Shown: in pieces, positions 1-11,934 of the stretch
How positions within the stretch are numbered: the stretch's first letter is position 1
Layout of the letters: each line of letters begins with the position of its first letter
DNA from: Eledone cirrhosa
Taxonomy: Eukaryota
Reading direction: 5' to 3'
Assembly (NCBI GenBank): GCA_964016885.1
Contig: OZ024765.1
Location: forward strand, 11,098,001-11,162,000
DNA: 64,000 nucleotides
The notes under the pieces: model-generated
The model's input: the letters and a program-made list of their open reading frames with translations, nothing else
The model's database searches: none
Told to the model about the DNA's origin: nothing
Translations under genes and position numbers: made by a program

Positions 1-286
1 AGTACTATATATACAAAGGCTCAAAGAAAAATAGAGAATTATCTATGATAGTATATAATTGCGACATCTTTTCAGCTGTATTTTTTACAAGTTGTATTTC
101 ACATAGATTCTCACTCTTTTAAAACATTTTATTGTTCCCATTGAACATATAATTATGTCTATATATCAATACCTGTAAGTAAATATTGAATATGATTTCA
201 AATAATTGGATCTACAACTCCCTTGAAACATGTGCAAGGAAATAAATATGATTTAAAAGATAATTTTTTTCATCTATACACTTATT

Positions 287-353
<67 letters not shown>

Positions 354-390
354 CATCATCATGCTAGCATGGAAGATGGACGTTAAACGA

Positions 391-473
<83 letters not shown>

Positions 474-604
474 CAAGAAAGTAAGTGTTGGTAAAATCCA
501 GTACTTCAGTATGCGAATAGGGAGCACTCAACGCAGATATAAGTTCCGGAGTTATAATAGTGACGAAACATAAGTCAATTGCATGAACTCATAATCCTTT
601 ATTT

Positions 605-660
605 ACTGCTATATATATTTCGCTGATAGCCATTGAATGGCTATGACCTCATCAGGCAGT
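605..660 (-). ncRNA. Minimal type-I hammerhead ribozyme motif
   Basis: Minus strand reads ACTGC-CTGATGA-GGTCATAGCCATTCAATGGCTATCAGC-GAAA-T-ATAT-A-TA-GCAGT. Stem I ACTGC/GCAGT is perfect, the core is intact, stem II is a hairpin, stem III is 2 bp with palindromic loop ATAT, and the cleavage triplet is AUA. Confidence 0.8.
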
Positions 661-674
661 TAGTCAGTTCTTAG

Positions 675-719
675 ATATGCCAGCTCTGTGTGTATAGTGT
701 TGATGGTATCAGAGCCTTG

Positions 720-771
<52 letters not shown>

Positions 772-818
772 CCCAAGGCCCTGATACCATCAATACTATA
801 CACACAGAGCTGGCATAT
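675..818. repeat. Inverted repeat, ~52-bp arms around a (TA)n tract
   Basis: atatgccagctctgtgtgtatagtgttgatggtatcagagccttgggacata ... tatgtcccaaggccctgataccatcaatactatacacacagagctggcatat. Confidence 0.9.
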
Positions 819-819
819 A

Positions 820-986
820 TAGGAAAATGTTTGACTCCGAGGGCTATTTCTGGGCAGAAATAGCCATCGAAATGGCTTCAGCTCTGCTGTCGGGGTTAAA
901 TATTTTCCTATTACCCACTCTACTACCCTAAGTATTGAGTACTCTGGTGTGTTATGGTCCATTTGGTTCCTTACCACACTTCCTTC

Positions 987-990
<4 letters not shown>
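820..990 (+). mobile_element. TA-embedded Penelope-like pseudo-LTR fragment (other copies at 51027-51130 minus and 59970-60150 plus)
   Basis: Shared ttcctattacccactctactaccctaagtattgagtac...ttccttaccaca segment in three places. It is preceded by the 3' half of a hammerhead (GAAAcggc...gccGTC) and a short inverted duplication. Confidence 0.55.
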
Positions 991-1023
<33 letters not shown>

Positions 1024-1060
1024 TTTATATATATATATATAACTTATATATATATACCTT

Positions 1061-1670
1061 CTCTCCAAGACAATGTCACTGGACCGAGACCTCTGGCGGT
1101 ACTCAGTAATAGAGAAGACCCGCCTTACCTAAATACAAAGTAAAACCTACTACAGTCAGTAGGCACCTCTAACAAAATACACCCCTGTCTCACTACCCCC
1201 ACCCCATCCACATCGCCCCTTTCAATGTAAAGTTATGTTGGTGGCACAACATCCAGGCCGAAACAAATGAGGTCGTGTAGGTGTCACAACAAAAAAACAC
1301 ACAGTCCACGCTGTAATGTGGCCGTGTAGGTAATACGGTAAAAACCTCCCAGTCCCACATTGTAAATGTGGTTGGTGTTGGGAAGGGCATCCAGCCGTAG
1401 AAAACCCGCCAGACGTGTAGGTGTCACGACAAAAAAACACACAGTCCACACTGTAATGTGGCCGTGTAGGCAACACGGTAAAAACCTCCCAGACCCACAC
1501 TGTAAATGTGGTTGGTGTTAGGAAGGGCATCCAGCTGTAGAAAACCCGCCAGACAGTCCTATACGAGCAAGACAACCACTCTTGCCTCAAGTGGGATAAC
1601 TCCCGTCCAAACCCATGCAAGCGTGGAACATGGACGTTAAACGATGATGATGATGATGATGATGATGATG
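1061..1670 (+). mobile_element. RTE-clade LINE 3' end (ORF2 C-terminus, 3'UTR, (ATG)n tail) with a ~139-bp internal duplication
   Basis: Encodes LSKTMSLDRDLWRYSVIEKTRLT*, matching the end of ORF 48341-48655; ends ggacgttaaac(gat)n. Confidence 0.85.
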
Positions 1671-1716
1671 ATATATATACCTTATATATCATCATCATCA
1701 TCATTGTTTAACGTCT

Positions 1717-1753
<37 letters not shown>

Positions 1754-1755
1754 AC

Positions 1756-1958
1756 CTTTGCATCAATCACCTCCATCTTGGACTCACAACAGACTTCAAG
1801 GAATTGCTTTAAGACAGGTTTTGTGAAGACAATCCCTGCTGTTCTACAGAACATTACAAAGTCTTTCACTCAACATGTCTCTGTTTCAGGTTTTAAAGTT
1901 AGTAATTTTCCCTGTAAGACTTCCGAGTGTGGTAAGACAGAACCTTCAGACATTTTTA
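1756..1958 (-). other. Candidate exon containing one in-frame TGA
   Basis: ttcag acceptor and AG|GTAGAT donor. The frame KMSEGSVLPH...ETETC*VKDFVMFCRTAG...VIDAK has TGA at 1870-1872. Confidence 0.3.
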
Positions 1959-1965
1959 CTGAATA

Positions 1966-2300
1966 ATCATCATCATCACCGTCACCACCACCACCACAAA
2001 CATCATCACCATCATCATCATCATCACCATCATCACCATCATTCTCATCATCATCACTATCATCATCATCATCATTCTCATCACCATCATCCCCATTACC
2101 ACCACCACCACCACCACCACCACCACCACCACCAGAATCATCGTCATCTTAATCACTGTCATCATCATTGCCGTCACCACCACCACCACCACCACCATTA
2201 CCTTCACCACCCTCACCACCACCACCACCACCATCACCCCCCCCCCCCCCCATCACCACCATCACCCCCCCCCCCCCCCCCCACCACCACTACCATCAGT
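1966..2300. repeat. (CAT)n/(CAC)n microsatellite
   Basis: Direct inspection; source of the poly-His ORF. Confidence 0.95.
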
Positions 2301-2351
2301 TAATCATAAGATAAAGTTGTACTGCCAAGTCATTTATTTTTTACACTCTAC

Positions 2352-2456
2352 CTTACAGTTGTAACAGAATATCTCACTGAATGACTGTTTAGTACAGATT
2401 GTTGATCTTCTGTGTTTACTGCTGTAAACACTTGGAAAGACGTGTGTAGAAGACAT
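2352..2456 (-). other. Candidate 105-nt exon
   Basis: ctgtag acceptor and AG|GTAGAG donor; length divisible by 3; open in two frames. Confidence 0.25.
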
Positions 2457-2520
2457 CTACAGTCATCCTCACCATCCACCACCTCCTCCTCCTCCTTAAC
2501 AATATAACCATTGTTTAACC

Positions 2521-2698
2521 CAGGCATGTCAAACCGAGGGTCCTCTGAGGGGCCACATGGGTCACTTGTGTTGTCTGAGGGCCACACATGACAACTAATT
2601 GCGCACATCACAACACATTTTTTTAATTTTATATTACGAAGATAAAACATGCTCGCACTGTAAAAACCTTTGTGCGGGCTGCATATTTGACATGCCTG
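2521..2698. mobile_element. hAT (Charlie-type) MITE
   Basis: TIRs caggcatgtcaaa / tttgacatgcctg with a perfect 8-bp TSD gtttaacc (2513-2520 and 2699-2706). Confidence 0.9.
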
Positions 2699-2700
2699 GT

Positions 2701-3945
2701 TTAACCCTTTACGGCAGAGGTTGGCAACCCCCGCCCTATAAAAGATGTAAATGCCTTTGCGTAGGCCGCAGGTGTGCTTGTAAAGCGCTGCATGTTTGAC
2801 ATGCCTGGTTTAACCCTTTACGGCAGAGGTTGGCAACCCCCGGCCTACAAAAGATGTAAATGCCTTTGTGTGGGCCGCAGGTGTGCTTGTAAAGCGCTGC
2901 ATGTTTGACATGCCTTGTTTAACCCTTTACGGCAGAGGTTGGCAACCCCCGGCCTACAAAAGATGTAAATGCCTTTGTGTGGGCCGCAGGTGTGCTTGTA
3001 AAGCGCTGCATGTTTGACATGCCTTGTTTAACCCTTTACGGCAGAGGTTGGCAACCCCCGGCCTACAAAAGATGTAAATGCCTTTGTGTGGGCCGCAGGT
3101 GTGCTTGTAAAGCGCTGCATGTTTGACATGCCTTGTTTAACCCTTTACGGCAGAGGTTGGCAACCCCCGGCCTACAAAAGATGTAAATGCCTTTGTGTGG
3201 GCCGCAGGTGTGCTTGTAAAGCGCTGCATGTTTGACATGTCTTGTTTAACCCTTTACGGCAGAGGTTGGCAACCCCCGGCCTACAAAAGATGTAAATGCC
3301 TTTGCGTAGGCCGCAGGTGTGCTTGTAAAGCGCTGCATGTTTGACATGCCTTGTTTAACCCTTTACGGCAGAGGTTGGCAACCCCCGGCCTACAAAAGAT
3401 GTAAATGCCTTTGTGTGGGCCGCAGGTGTGCTTGTAAAGCGCTGCATGTTTGACATGCCTTGTTTAACCCTTTACGGCAGAGGTTGGCAACCCCCGGCCT
3501 ACAAAAGATGTAAATGCCTTTGTGTGGGCCGCAGGTGTGCTTGTAAAGCGCTGCATGTTTGACATGCCTTGTTTAACCCTTTACGGCAGAGGTTGGCAAC
3601 CCCCGCCCTATAAAAGATGTAAATGCCTTTGCGTAGGCCGCAGGTGTGCTTGTAAAGCGCTGCATGTTTGACATGCCTGGTTTAACCCTTTATGGCAGAG
3701 GTTGGCTACCCCCGGGCCTACAAAAGATGTAAATGCCTTTGTGTGGGCTGCAGGTGTGCTTGTAAAGCACTGCATATTTGACATGTCTTGTTTAACCCTT
3801 TACGGCAGAGGTTGGCAACCCCCGGCCTACAAAAGATGTAAATGCCTTTGCGTAGGCCGCAGGTGTGCTTGTAAAGCGCTGCATGTTTGACATGCCTGGT
3901 TTAACCCTTTACTTGCAGAGGTTGGCAACCCCCGGCCCACAAAAG
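2701..3945. repeat. 109-bp tandem repeat, ~11 copies, built from hAT ends
   Basis: ttaacccttta recurs at 2701, 2810 ... 3901. The unit contains cagaggttggcaacc (a hAT left TIR) and tttgacatgcctg plus the gtttaacc TSD. Confidence 0.95.
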
Positions 3946-4295
3946 ATTTTTGTCTGGCCTGCCAACAGGTTTCAAACTTAGGCTAAGCGATCCCTGAAAA
4001 AGTGCTCTGAATTATTTTGGATTAGAATACCAACTCGAGAACATGTCTAGCCACAAGACTCACTTAGCTGAACATACTTCTTTGGGTGACAGTAACAAAC
4101 AAACAAACTCAGATAGAATAGTCAGACATGGAGGTCAAGGTGACTGTGTGTGCTAGTATCATTATTTGGTAATCCTGCCGAGGTTAACTTTGCCTTTCAT
4201 CCTTACAGGGTCGATAAAATAAAGTACCAGTAATGTACTGGGTAATTGCTGGCCTTGTGCCAAACGTAGAAACAATTATTTGGTAGTATATATAC

Positions 4296-4784
4296 CTGTG
4301 AACAGCTTTTTTCGAAAATGCCACTACTGGTGCTGCTGCAACATCTGCACATGACCAGACTACAAAGATAACCATCCTTGCAGTCCCTACTACGTCTGCC
4401 ATAGCCATGGACACTTTGACATTTAAAAGTGTAAAAAGCAGGTGAACCACATGCTGTAAGTGGTCTTCCTGTGACCACTTACAACATCAGCTGATCCCAG
4501 CTTAACTAAGATCTTCTTTGAAGTCACTAAGGCAAATTCTCTGAAAGAGGTGTCCGGTGACAAAAGTGAATCTCCGAATGAATCAGCTTCGGTAAAGAAG
4601 GAATCCTCCGAGGTTGATGCTGCTGTAAAAGGTATAAATATACCAAAGATCGTTTAATGACAAGACTGCGTGAAAACCATCGTGACGATGTTCTACTCTT
4701 GTCCTCGACAAATATTTCACCTGGTGTAGAGAAGCTATCTAACAGCAAAAACAAGTATCTCATTAAACAGTTTACCATTTCTGC
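4296..4784 (-). other. Unique island with splice signals (candidate exon or exons)
   Basis: aatacag acceptor at 4785-4787 and AG|GTATAT donor. An internal 140-nt open exon, 4483-4622 (ttttacag ... |GTAAGT), encodes ASTSEDSFFTEADSFGDSLLSPDTSFREF... Confidence 0.3.
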
Positions 4785-4921
4785 CTGTATTTTATTTGTA
4801 GTAATGAATGTCATTTATGTAATAGCACATACAATTTATTGTTTTTCTTTAAATCCTGGGATTAAGGGAGCCTTCTGGACAGAACAGTCTGAGGTCGAAC
4901 AAATATATTATATTTTGATAT

Positions 4922-6730
4922 CATGGCCTGCTGATGAGAGACTACAGAGCTATGTGACCTACCAATGTGTCACTGAATAGCTATGTGGCCTGCTGACAAG
5001 ACACTGCATAGCTATGTTGCCTGCCGATGTGACACTGCATAGCTATGTGGCCTGCCAATGTGACACTGAAGAGCTATGTGGCCTGCCAATGTGACACTGC
5101 ATAGCTATATGGCCTGCCGATGAGACACTACATAGCTATATGGCCTGCCGATGAGACACTGAATAGCTATGTGGCCTGCTGACAAGACACTGAAGAGCTA
5201 TGTGGCCTGCCGATGTGACACTGAATAGCTATATAGCCTGCCGATGAGACACTACATAGCTATATGGCCTGCCGATGAGACACTGCATAGCTATATGGCC
5301 TGCCGATGAGACACTGCATAGCTATATGGCCTGCCGATGAGACACTGCATAGCTATATGGCCTGCCGATGAGACACTGAATAGCTATGTGGCCTGCTGAC
5401 AAGACACTGAAGAGCTATGTGGCCTGCCGATGTGACACTGAATAGCTATATGGCCTGCCGATGAGACACTACATAGCTATATGGCCTGCCAATGAGACAC
5501 TGCATAGCTATATGGCCTGCCGATGAGACATTGCATAGCTATATGGCCTGCAGACAAGACACTGCATAGCTATATGGCCTGCCGATGAGACACTACATAG
5601 CTATATGGCCTGCCGATGAGACACTGCATAGCTATATGGCCTGCCGATGAGACATTGCATAGCTATATGGCCTGCCGATGAGACATTGCATAGCTATGGG
5701 GCCTGCCGATGAGACATTGCATAGCTATATGGCCTGCCGATGAGACACTACATAGCTATATGGCCTGCTGATGAGACATTGCATAGCTATATGGCCTGCC
5801 GATGAGACACTGCATAGCTATATGGCCTGCCGATGAGACATTGCATAGCTATATGGCCTGCCGATGAGACACTACATAGCTATATGGCCTGCTGATGAGA
5901 CATTGCATAGCTATATGGCCTGCCGATGAGACACTGCATAGCTATGTGGCCTGCCGATGAGACACTGCATAGCTATGGGGCCTGCCGATGAGACATTGCA
6001 TAGCTATATGGCCTGCAGACAAGACACTGCATAGCTATATGGCCTGCCGATGAGACACTACATAGCTATATGGCCTGCCGATGAGACACTGCATAGCTAT
6101 ATGGCCTGCCGATGAGACATTGCATAGCTATATGGCCTGCCGATGAGACACTACATAGCTATATGGCCTGCTGATGAGACATTGCATAGCTATATGGCCT
6201 GCCGATGAGACACTGCATAGCTATATGGCCTGCCGATGAGACACTGCATAGCTATATGGCCTGCCGATGAGACACTGCATAGCTATATGGCCTGCCGATG
6301 AGACACTGCATAGCTATGTGGCCTGCCGATGAGACACTGCATAGCTATGGGGCCTGCCGATGAGACATTGCATAGCTATGGGGCCTGCCGATGAGACACT
6401 GCATAGCTATGTGGCCTGCCGATGAGACACTGCATAGCTATATGGCCTGCCGATGAGACACTGCATAGCTATGTGGCCTGCCGATGAGACACTGCATAGC
6501 TATATGGCCTGCCGATGAGACACTGCATAGCTATGTGGCCTGCCGATGAGACACTGCATAGCTATGTGGCCTGCCGATGAGACACTGCATAGCTATGGGG
6601 CCTGCCGATGAGACACTGCATAGCTATGGGGGCCTGCCGATGAGACACTGCATAGCTATGTGGCCTGCCGATGAGACACTGCATAGCTATATGGCCCACG
6701 GACGAGCCAATGTATAGCTATGGAGCCTGC
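4922..6730. repeat. 31-bp minisatellite, ~58 copies, ending at a hAT right TIR
   Basis: Unit gcatagctatatggcctgccgatgagacact; followed by ggttgccgacttctg (6742-6756), a 13/15 inverted match to cagaggttggcaacc at 3916. Confidence 0.95.
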
Positions 6731-7001
6731 ACACCCGAAGAGGTTGCCGACTTCTGCATTAAAGGGTGAACTGGGTGTTTTTTTTATCATATCACCAGCA
6801 CTGTATGTAGTAATAAAATCACTTAATTCTTAACTCTAATACTGCTAATTTTCACAACAATCTGTCCACCAGTAAAGATACTATAAATATTTGAATTAAC
6901 AAACCACATGATTCCATATTAACAAGACATTCTAATGACTGCATTGCAATAACAATTGATGTTACTTTCATAATATACAGTTTCACAAAGATCTGTCTAC
7001 T

Positions 7002-8190
7002 ATGATGATGATGGTTGTGATGGTTGTGGTGCTAGTGGTAATAGTGGTAATAGTGATGGTAGTGGTAATAGTGGTGGTTGTGGTAATAGTGGTGGTTGTG
7101 GTAATAGTGGTGGTTGTGGTAATAGTGGTGGTTGTGATGGTAGTGGTAATAGTGGTGGTAGTGGTAAAAGTGGTGGTTGTGATGGAAGTGGTATTAGTGG
7201 TGGTTGTGATGGAAGTGGTATTAGTGATGGTTGTGGTAATAGTGGTGGTTGTGGTATTAGTGGTGGTTGTGGTAATAGTGATGGTTGTGGTAATAGTGGT
7301 GGTTGTGGTAATAGTGGTGGTTGTGGTAATAGTGGTGGTTGTGGTAATAGTGGTGGTTGTGGTAATAGTGATGGTTGTGGTAATAGTGGTGGTTGTGGTA
7401 ATAGTGGTGGTTGTGGTAATAGTGGTGGTTGTGGTAATAGTGGTGGTTGTGGTAATAGTGGTGGTTGTGGTAATAGTGGTGGTTGTGGTAATAGTGGTGG
7501 TTGTGGTAATAGTGATGGTTGTGGTAATAGTGGTGGTTGTGGTAATAGTGGTGGTTGTGGTAATAGTGGTGGTTGTGGTAATAGTGGTGGTTGTGGTAAT
7601 AGTGGTGGTTGTGGTAATAGTGGTGGTTGTGGTAATAGTGGTGGTTGTGGTAATAGTGGTGGTTGTGGTAATAGTGGTGGTTGTGGTAATAGTGGTGGTT
7701 GTGGTAATAGTGATGGTTGTGGTAATAGTGGTGGTTGTGGTAATAGTGATGGTTGTGGTAATAGTGGTGGTTGTGGTAATAGTGGTGGTTGTGGTAATAG
7801 TGGTGGTTGTGGTAATAGTGATGGTTGTGGTAATAGTGGTGGTTGTGGTAATAGTGGTGGTTGTGGTAATAGTGGTGGTAGTAGTGATGGCAGTAATGGT
7901 AGTAATAGTAGTAGTGGTAGTGGTGGTAATGACGGTAATGGTAGTAGTGGTGGTAATGGTAGTAGTAGTGGAAATGGTAGCAGTGGCAGTAATGGTAGTA
8001 GTAATAGTAGTGGTAGTAGTGGTGGTAGTAGTAGTGATGGCTGTGGTAATAGTGGTAGTTGTGATGGTAGTGGTTGTAGTGGTGGTAGTAAAGGTAGTAG
8101 TGGCAATAGTAGTAGTAGTAGTAATGACAGTGTAGTAGTAGTGGTGGTGGCAGTAGTAGTAGTAGTGGTGGTGGTGGCAGTAGTAGCAGT
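7002..8190. repeat. 18-bp minisatellite (gtggtggttgtggtaata) grading into (GTA/GTG)n
   Basis: Direct inspection; source of the poly-Thr, poly-Val and poly-Pro ORFs. Confidence 0.95.
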
Positions 8191-8744
8191 GCCAGTACAT
8201 GTTATATCTAATGACCATTCCAGACATCTGTAGAATTCATTAAGGAAACATTCCACCAAGTCTCTTTGGACTTTTTTTTAATTTATTACAACAACAACCA
8301 CAACAGTGACAACAACAATAACTACAACTACAACAGCAACAACTGCAAGAAGAAGAAGAAGAAGGTGAAGAAAAAGATGAAGGTGAAGAAGAGGAAGAAG
8401 AAAAAGATGAAGGTGAAGAAGAGGAAGAAGAAAAAGAACAACAACAATAACAACCTCAACAACAACAACCACAATAACAACAACAACCACAAATTCTTTT
8501 AACTTTTCTTGTCTTCCTTTCTTCTTATCTCACTGTCCCTCTTTTGTAGTCTCACATTTGTCATAAACACACAAAACACACACACACACACACGCACACA
8601 CACATACATACACAAATACTCACACATACACAAACACAAATACACACACACATGCACTCTCAATCTCTCCCTCTCTTATTTCTTTACATTCTCTTTCATT
8701 CTAATTAACTTTTTATCTTATTTAATTTTATGTGGAAGTACACT

Positions 8745-9100
8745 GCCTAATGGTAAGGGTTTTGGGCTGAAGGTCATAAAGTTATAGGTTCGAATCCTGG
8801 ACTGGGTTGTGTGGTGTGTTCTTGAGCAAAACACTTCATTTCACGTTGCTCCAGTGGTAAGAGTGTTGGTCTTATGGTCATAAAGTCATAGGTTCGAATC
8901 CTGGACTGGGTTACATGTTGTGTTCTTGAGCAAAACACTTTATTTCAAGTTGCTCCAGTATACTCAATTGCGAGTGATTACCAGCAACAGCTGGGTGTTT
9001 ATCTCTGCGGTGGACTGGCCTTCTGTCCAGGGGGAAGTTCTGCACTCTCATGAGAAGGAAACCAGAATAAGTACCAGACTAATGAGCCTCTGGGCTACTA
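8745..9100 (+). mobile_element. tRNA-derived CORE-like SINE with duplicated head
   Basis: B box ggttcgaatcc occurs twice, each followed by gtgttcttgagcaaaacactt. Confidence 0.75.
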
Positions 9101-9438
9101 TTTTATCACTTTCTCCCGTTTACTTATTTTCTTTCTCATTTTGAAAGAACTCTACAGTTGGTGTCAATGATAAAATGCACCCAGTACACTCTGTAAAGTG
9201 GTTCATGAAAAATGAAACCCTGCCAAAAGGGTTAAAACAACTGTTTCAGTTGTGTCAAGGACATGACAACCGGTCTAGTGTTGCTGCCATGATAAAATTC
9301 ATCCAGCTGTATTGCTCTCAAAATAAATAATATAAATATCTCATAGATTCAATATTATATGAGATATTATGTGAGGTAAAGCCTTTACTGTGAAAATATA
9401 ATAGTATATATAGACCAATGTAAATGCTAAAGGGTTAA

Positions 9439-9639
9439 CCCTTTAGCATTCACATTTTATATATACCAGTATATTTTTATGGCAAAGACTTTACCTCACA
9501 TAATATCTCATATAATATCGAATCTATGAGATTTTGAAAGTATTTATTTTGAGAACAATACCTTAACATCAGTCAGCTAGTTTCAACAGAAAGAGGTAGA
9601 GAATTCTGGCCGGTTTTGACCGGTTTGAACATTAAAGGG
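9439..9639 (+). mobile_element. piggyBac-type MITE, head-to-head with an inverted partial copy (9330-9434); another partial copy at 9665-9775
   Basis: TTAA|ccctttagcatt ... aacattaaaggg|TTAA. Confidence 0.8.
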
Positions 9640-10025
9640 TTAAGCCTCTTCTCCAGCTCTGTGAAGTCGATATTATATGAGATATTATGTGAGATAAAGC
9701 CTTTTATGTGAGATAAAGCCTTTTCTGTGAAAATATAATAGTAAATATAGAGTAATGTAAATGCTAAAGGGTTAAGCCTCTTCTACAGCTGTTTGAAGGA
9801 CATTGGAACCTCTCTAGTGCAGGTGCCACAATAAAATGCCCCCACCCCACCTAGTACATTTATATCTCCCTATATCTCTGTGTACTTCTATGGTATTCTT
9901 TGCTTGATATTATTTTTTCCTCTAAAATATTTCAAATTTAGTTCAAACAGAAATATTGATTTAAATAATTTACCAGGCTGTGTGTTTGTGTTTGTCTGTG
10001 TATGCACACACATATATATATATAT

Positions 10026-10071
<46 letters not shown>

Positions 10072-10147
10072 TGTTTATCTAAATATGTATATTTATATAT
10101 ATATATATATATAATATTTATATAAATATGTATGCTTATATACATGC

Positions 10148-10212
<65 letters not shown>

Positions 10213-10281
10213 TATACATACATATATATACATGCATATATATATAGTGTTTCTATAAATATGTATGTTTATATATATATA

Positions 10282-10325
<44 letters not shown>

Positions 10326-10394
10326 TACATGCGTATATATACAGTGTTTATAAAAATATGTATGTTTATTATATATATGTATATATATATACAT

Positions 10395-10440
<46 letters not shown>

Positions 10441-10653
10441 TGTTTATATATAGATATATATATGCTAAAATAATTGTTATTATTACTGTGTTTTTAAATT
10501 GGTTAATTTCCTGTTTTTCAGTTCCTGCCATTTTTTTTTCAGTTTCGGTCATGTAAAAATTTTTTCGACATTGTCTTTGTCTATACACTCAAACACACAT
10601 ATATATGTGTGTTTGAGTGTATATATATATACAAATATATATATATACATGTG

Positions 10654-10703
<50 letters not shown>

Positions 10704-10794
10704 CACACACACACCTATATATCAACATCATCATTACCATCATTTAACATCTGCTTTTCCCTACCTGCATGTGTTTGTTTTGTTTCCTTTATTT

Positions 10795-10829
<35 letters not shown>

Positions 10830-10854
10830 ATGTGTGTATATATACATATATATT

Positions 10855-10940
<86 letters not shown>

Positions 10941-10982
10941 CAATATTAACAAATGGAAACTATATTTATAAAACCATATTTA

Positions 10983-11043
10983 TTTCATTATACATATTTC
11001 AAGGACACCAAGTTAAATTATGGTGTGCTTTCATCAGATAAAA
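10983..11043 (-). ncRNA. Minimal hammerhead ribozyme motif (inverted copy)
   Basis: Reverse complement of 11171-11231. Confidence 0.7.
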
Positions 11044-11170
11044 TATAATATAGATCAGTTTTATAAATAAATATTGACATACCCTTAAAGAATGCAACCA
11101 TTACTGTTGGAAGCTCCCAGATAGTTTAAGGGTATGTCAATATTTATTTATAAAACTGCTCTATATTATA

Positions 11171-11231
11171 TTTTATCTGATGAAAGCACACCATAATTTA
11201 ACTTGGTGTCCTTGAAATATGTATAATGAAA
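11171..11231 (+). ncRNA. Minimal hammerhead ribozyme motif
   Basis: ttttat-CTGATGA-aagcacacca(taatttaact)tggtgtcctt-GAAA-t-atgt-a-TA-atgaaa. Confidence 0.7.
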
Positions 11232-11483
11232 TAAATATGGTTTTATAAATATAGTTTCCATTTGTTAATATCGTATTTTTACTCCAATTATTTGTTGAGT
11301 GCTGTATATCAGTTATAAAAATATTTGCTTGTTGTATCCCAACAATTTAAACTTTTACATATATATTTATATATATATATTTATATATTTATATATATAT
11401 ATTTATGTATATATATATTTATATATATGTTTATTTATATATATATATATATAAATATATATATATATAAATATATATATATA

Positions 11484-11517
<34 letters not shown>

Positions 11518-11934
11518 TATAAATATATATATATACACACACACATACACATATATACAAATACACATATACACACACACACATATGCAAACATATCGTT
11601 TCAGCCACTTAACTTTAATGCAAATCATTTCTATAAAGATTTGTATGCTAGTGAAATGTACCATGAGTAATAAGGGAAAATAAATAACTATACAAATTTA
11701 AAAAAATACAAAAAAAAATATATAAAAAATTAATTAAAGAATTAAATTATTATTCATTTAATTATCTTACAAAAATATAAAAAAAAATACTAGGAAACAA
11801 ATATAAATATAAAAAAAAAACGTCCACATCGTAAACAAAGCAATTTTGAAAGATGTGCTGATAAAAAGACCATCAGTTGGCACTGGGGTTCTTTTGTATT
11901 TCTACTAATGGACCCACGCTGTGGAGGTACGTGA

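Larger units (their letters stand above)
10943..11271. mobile_element. Fold-back element, ~147-bp arms with a 35-bp spacer, one hammerhead per arm
   Basis: Arms 10943-11089 and 11125-11271 are near-perfect reverse complements; flanked by (TA)n. Confidence 0.9.

Noticed and set aside
4300-4660. Plus-strand Ser/Thr/Glu-rich coding region
   Set aside because: Needs two frameshifts, and the flanking splice signals favour the minus strand.
4922-6730. CRISPR-like array or tandem hammerheads (ctgatgag in some units)
   Set aside because: No unique spacers and no cas genes in a eukaryotic context; no GAAA or stem III follows the motif.
6983-8259. Long mucin-like or Pro-rich ORFs (also 14410-15628, 22052-23329, 31184-32421, 43617-45077, 58490-59026)
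   Set aside because: Trinucleotide-based repeats open in several frames on both strands, with no convincing start or splice context.
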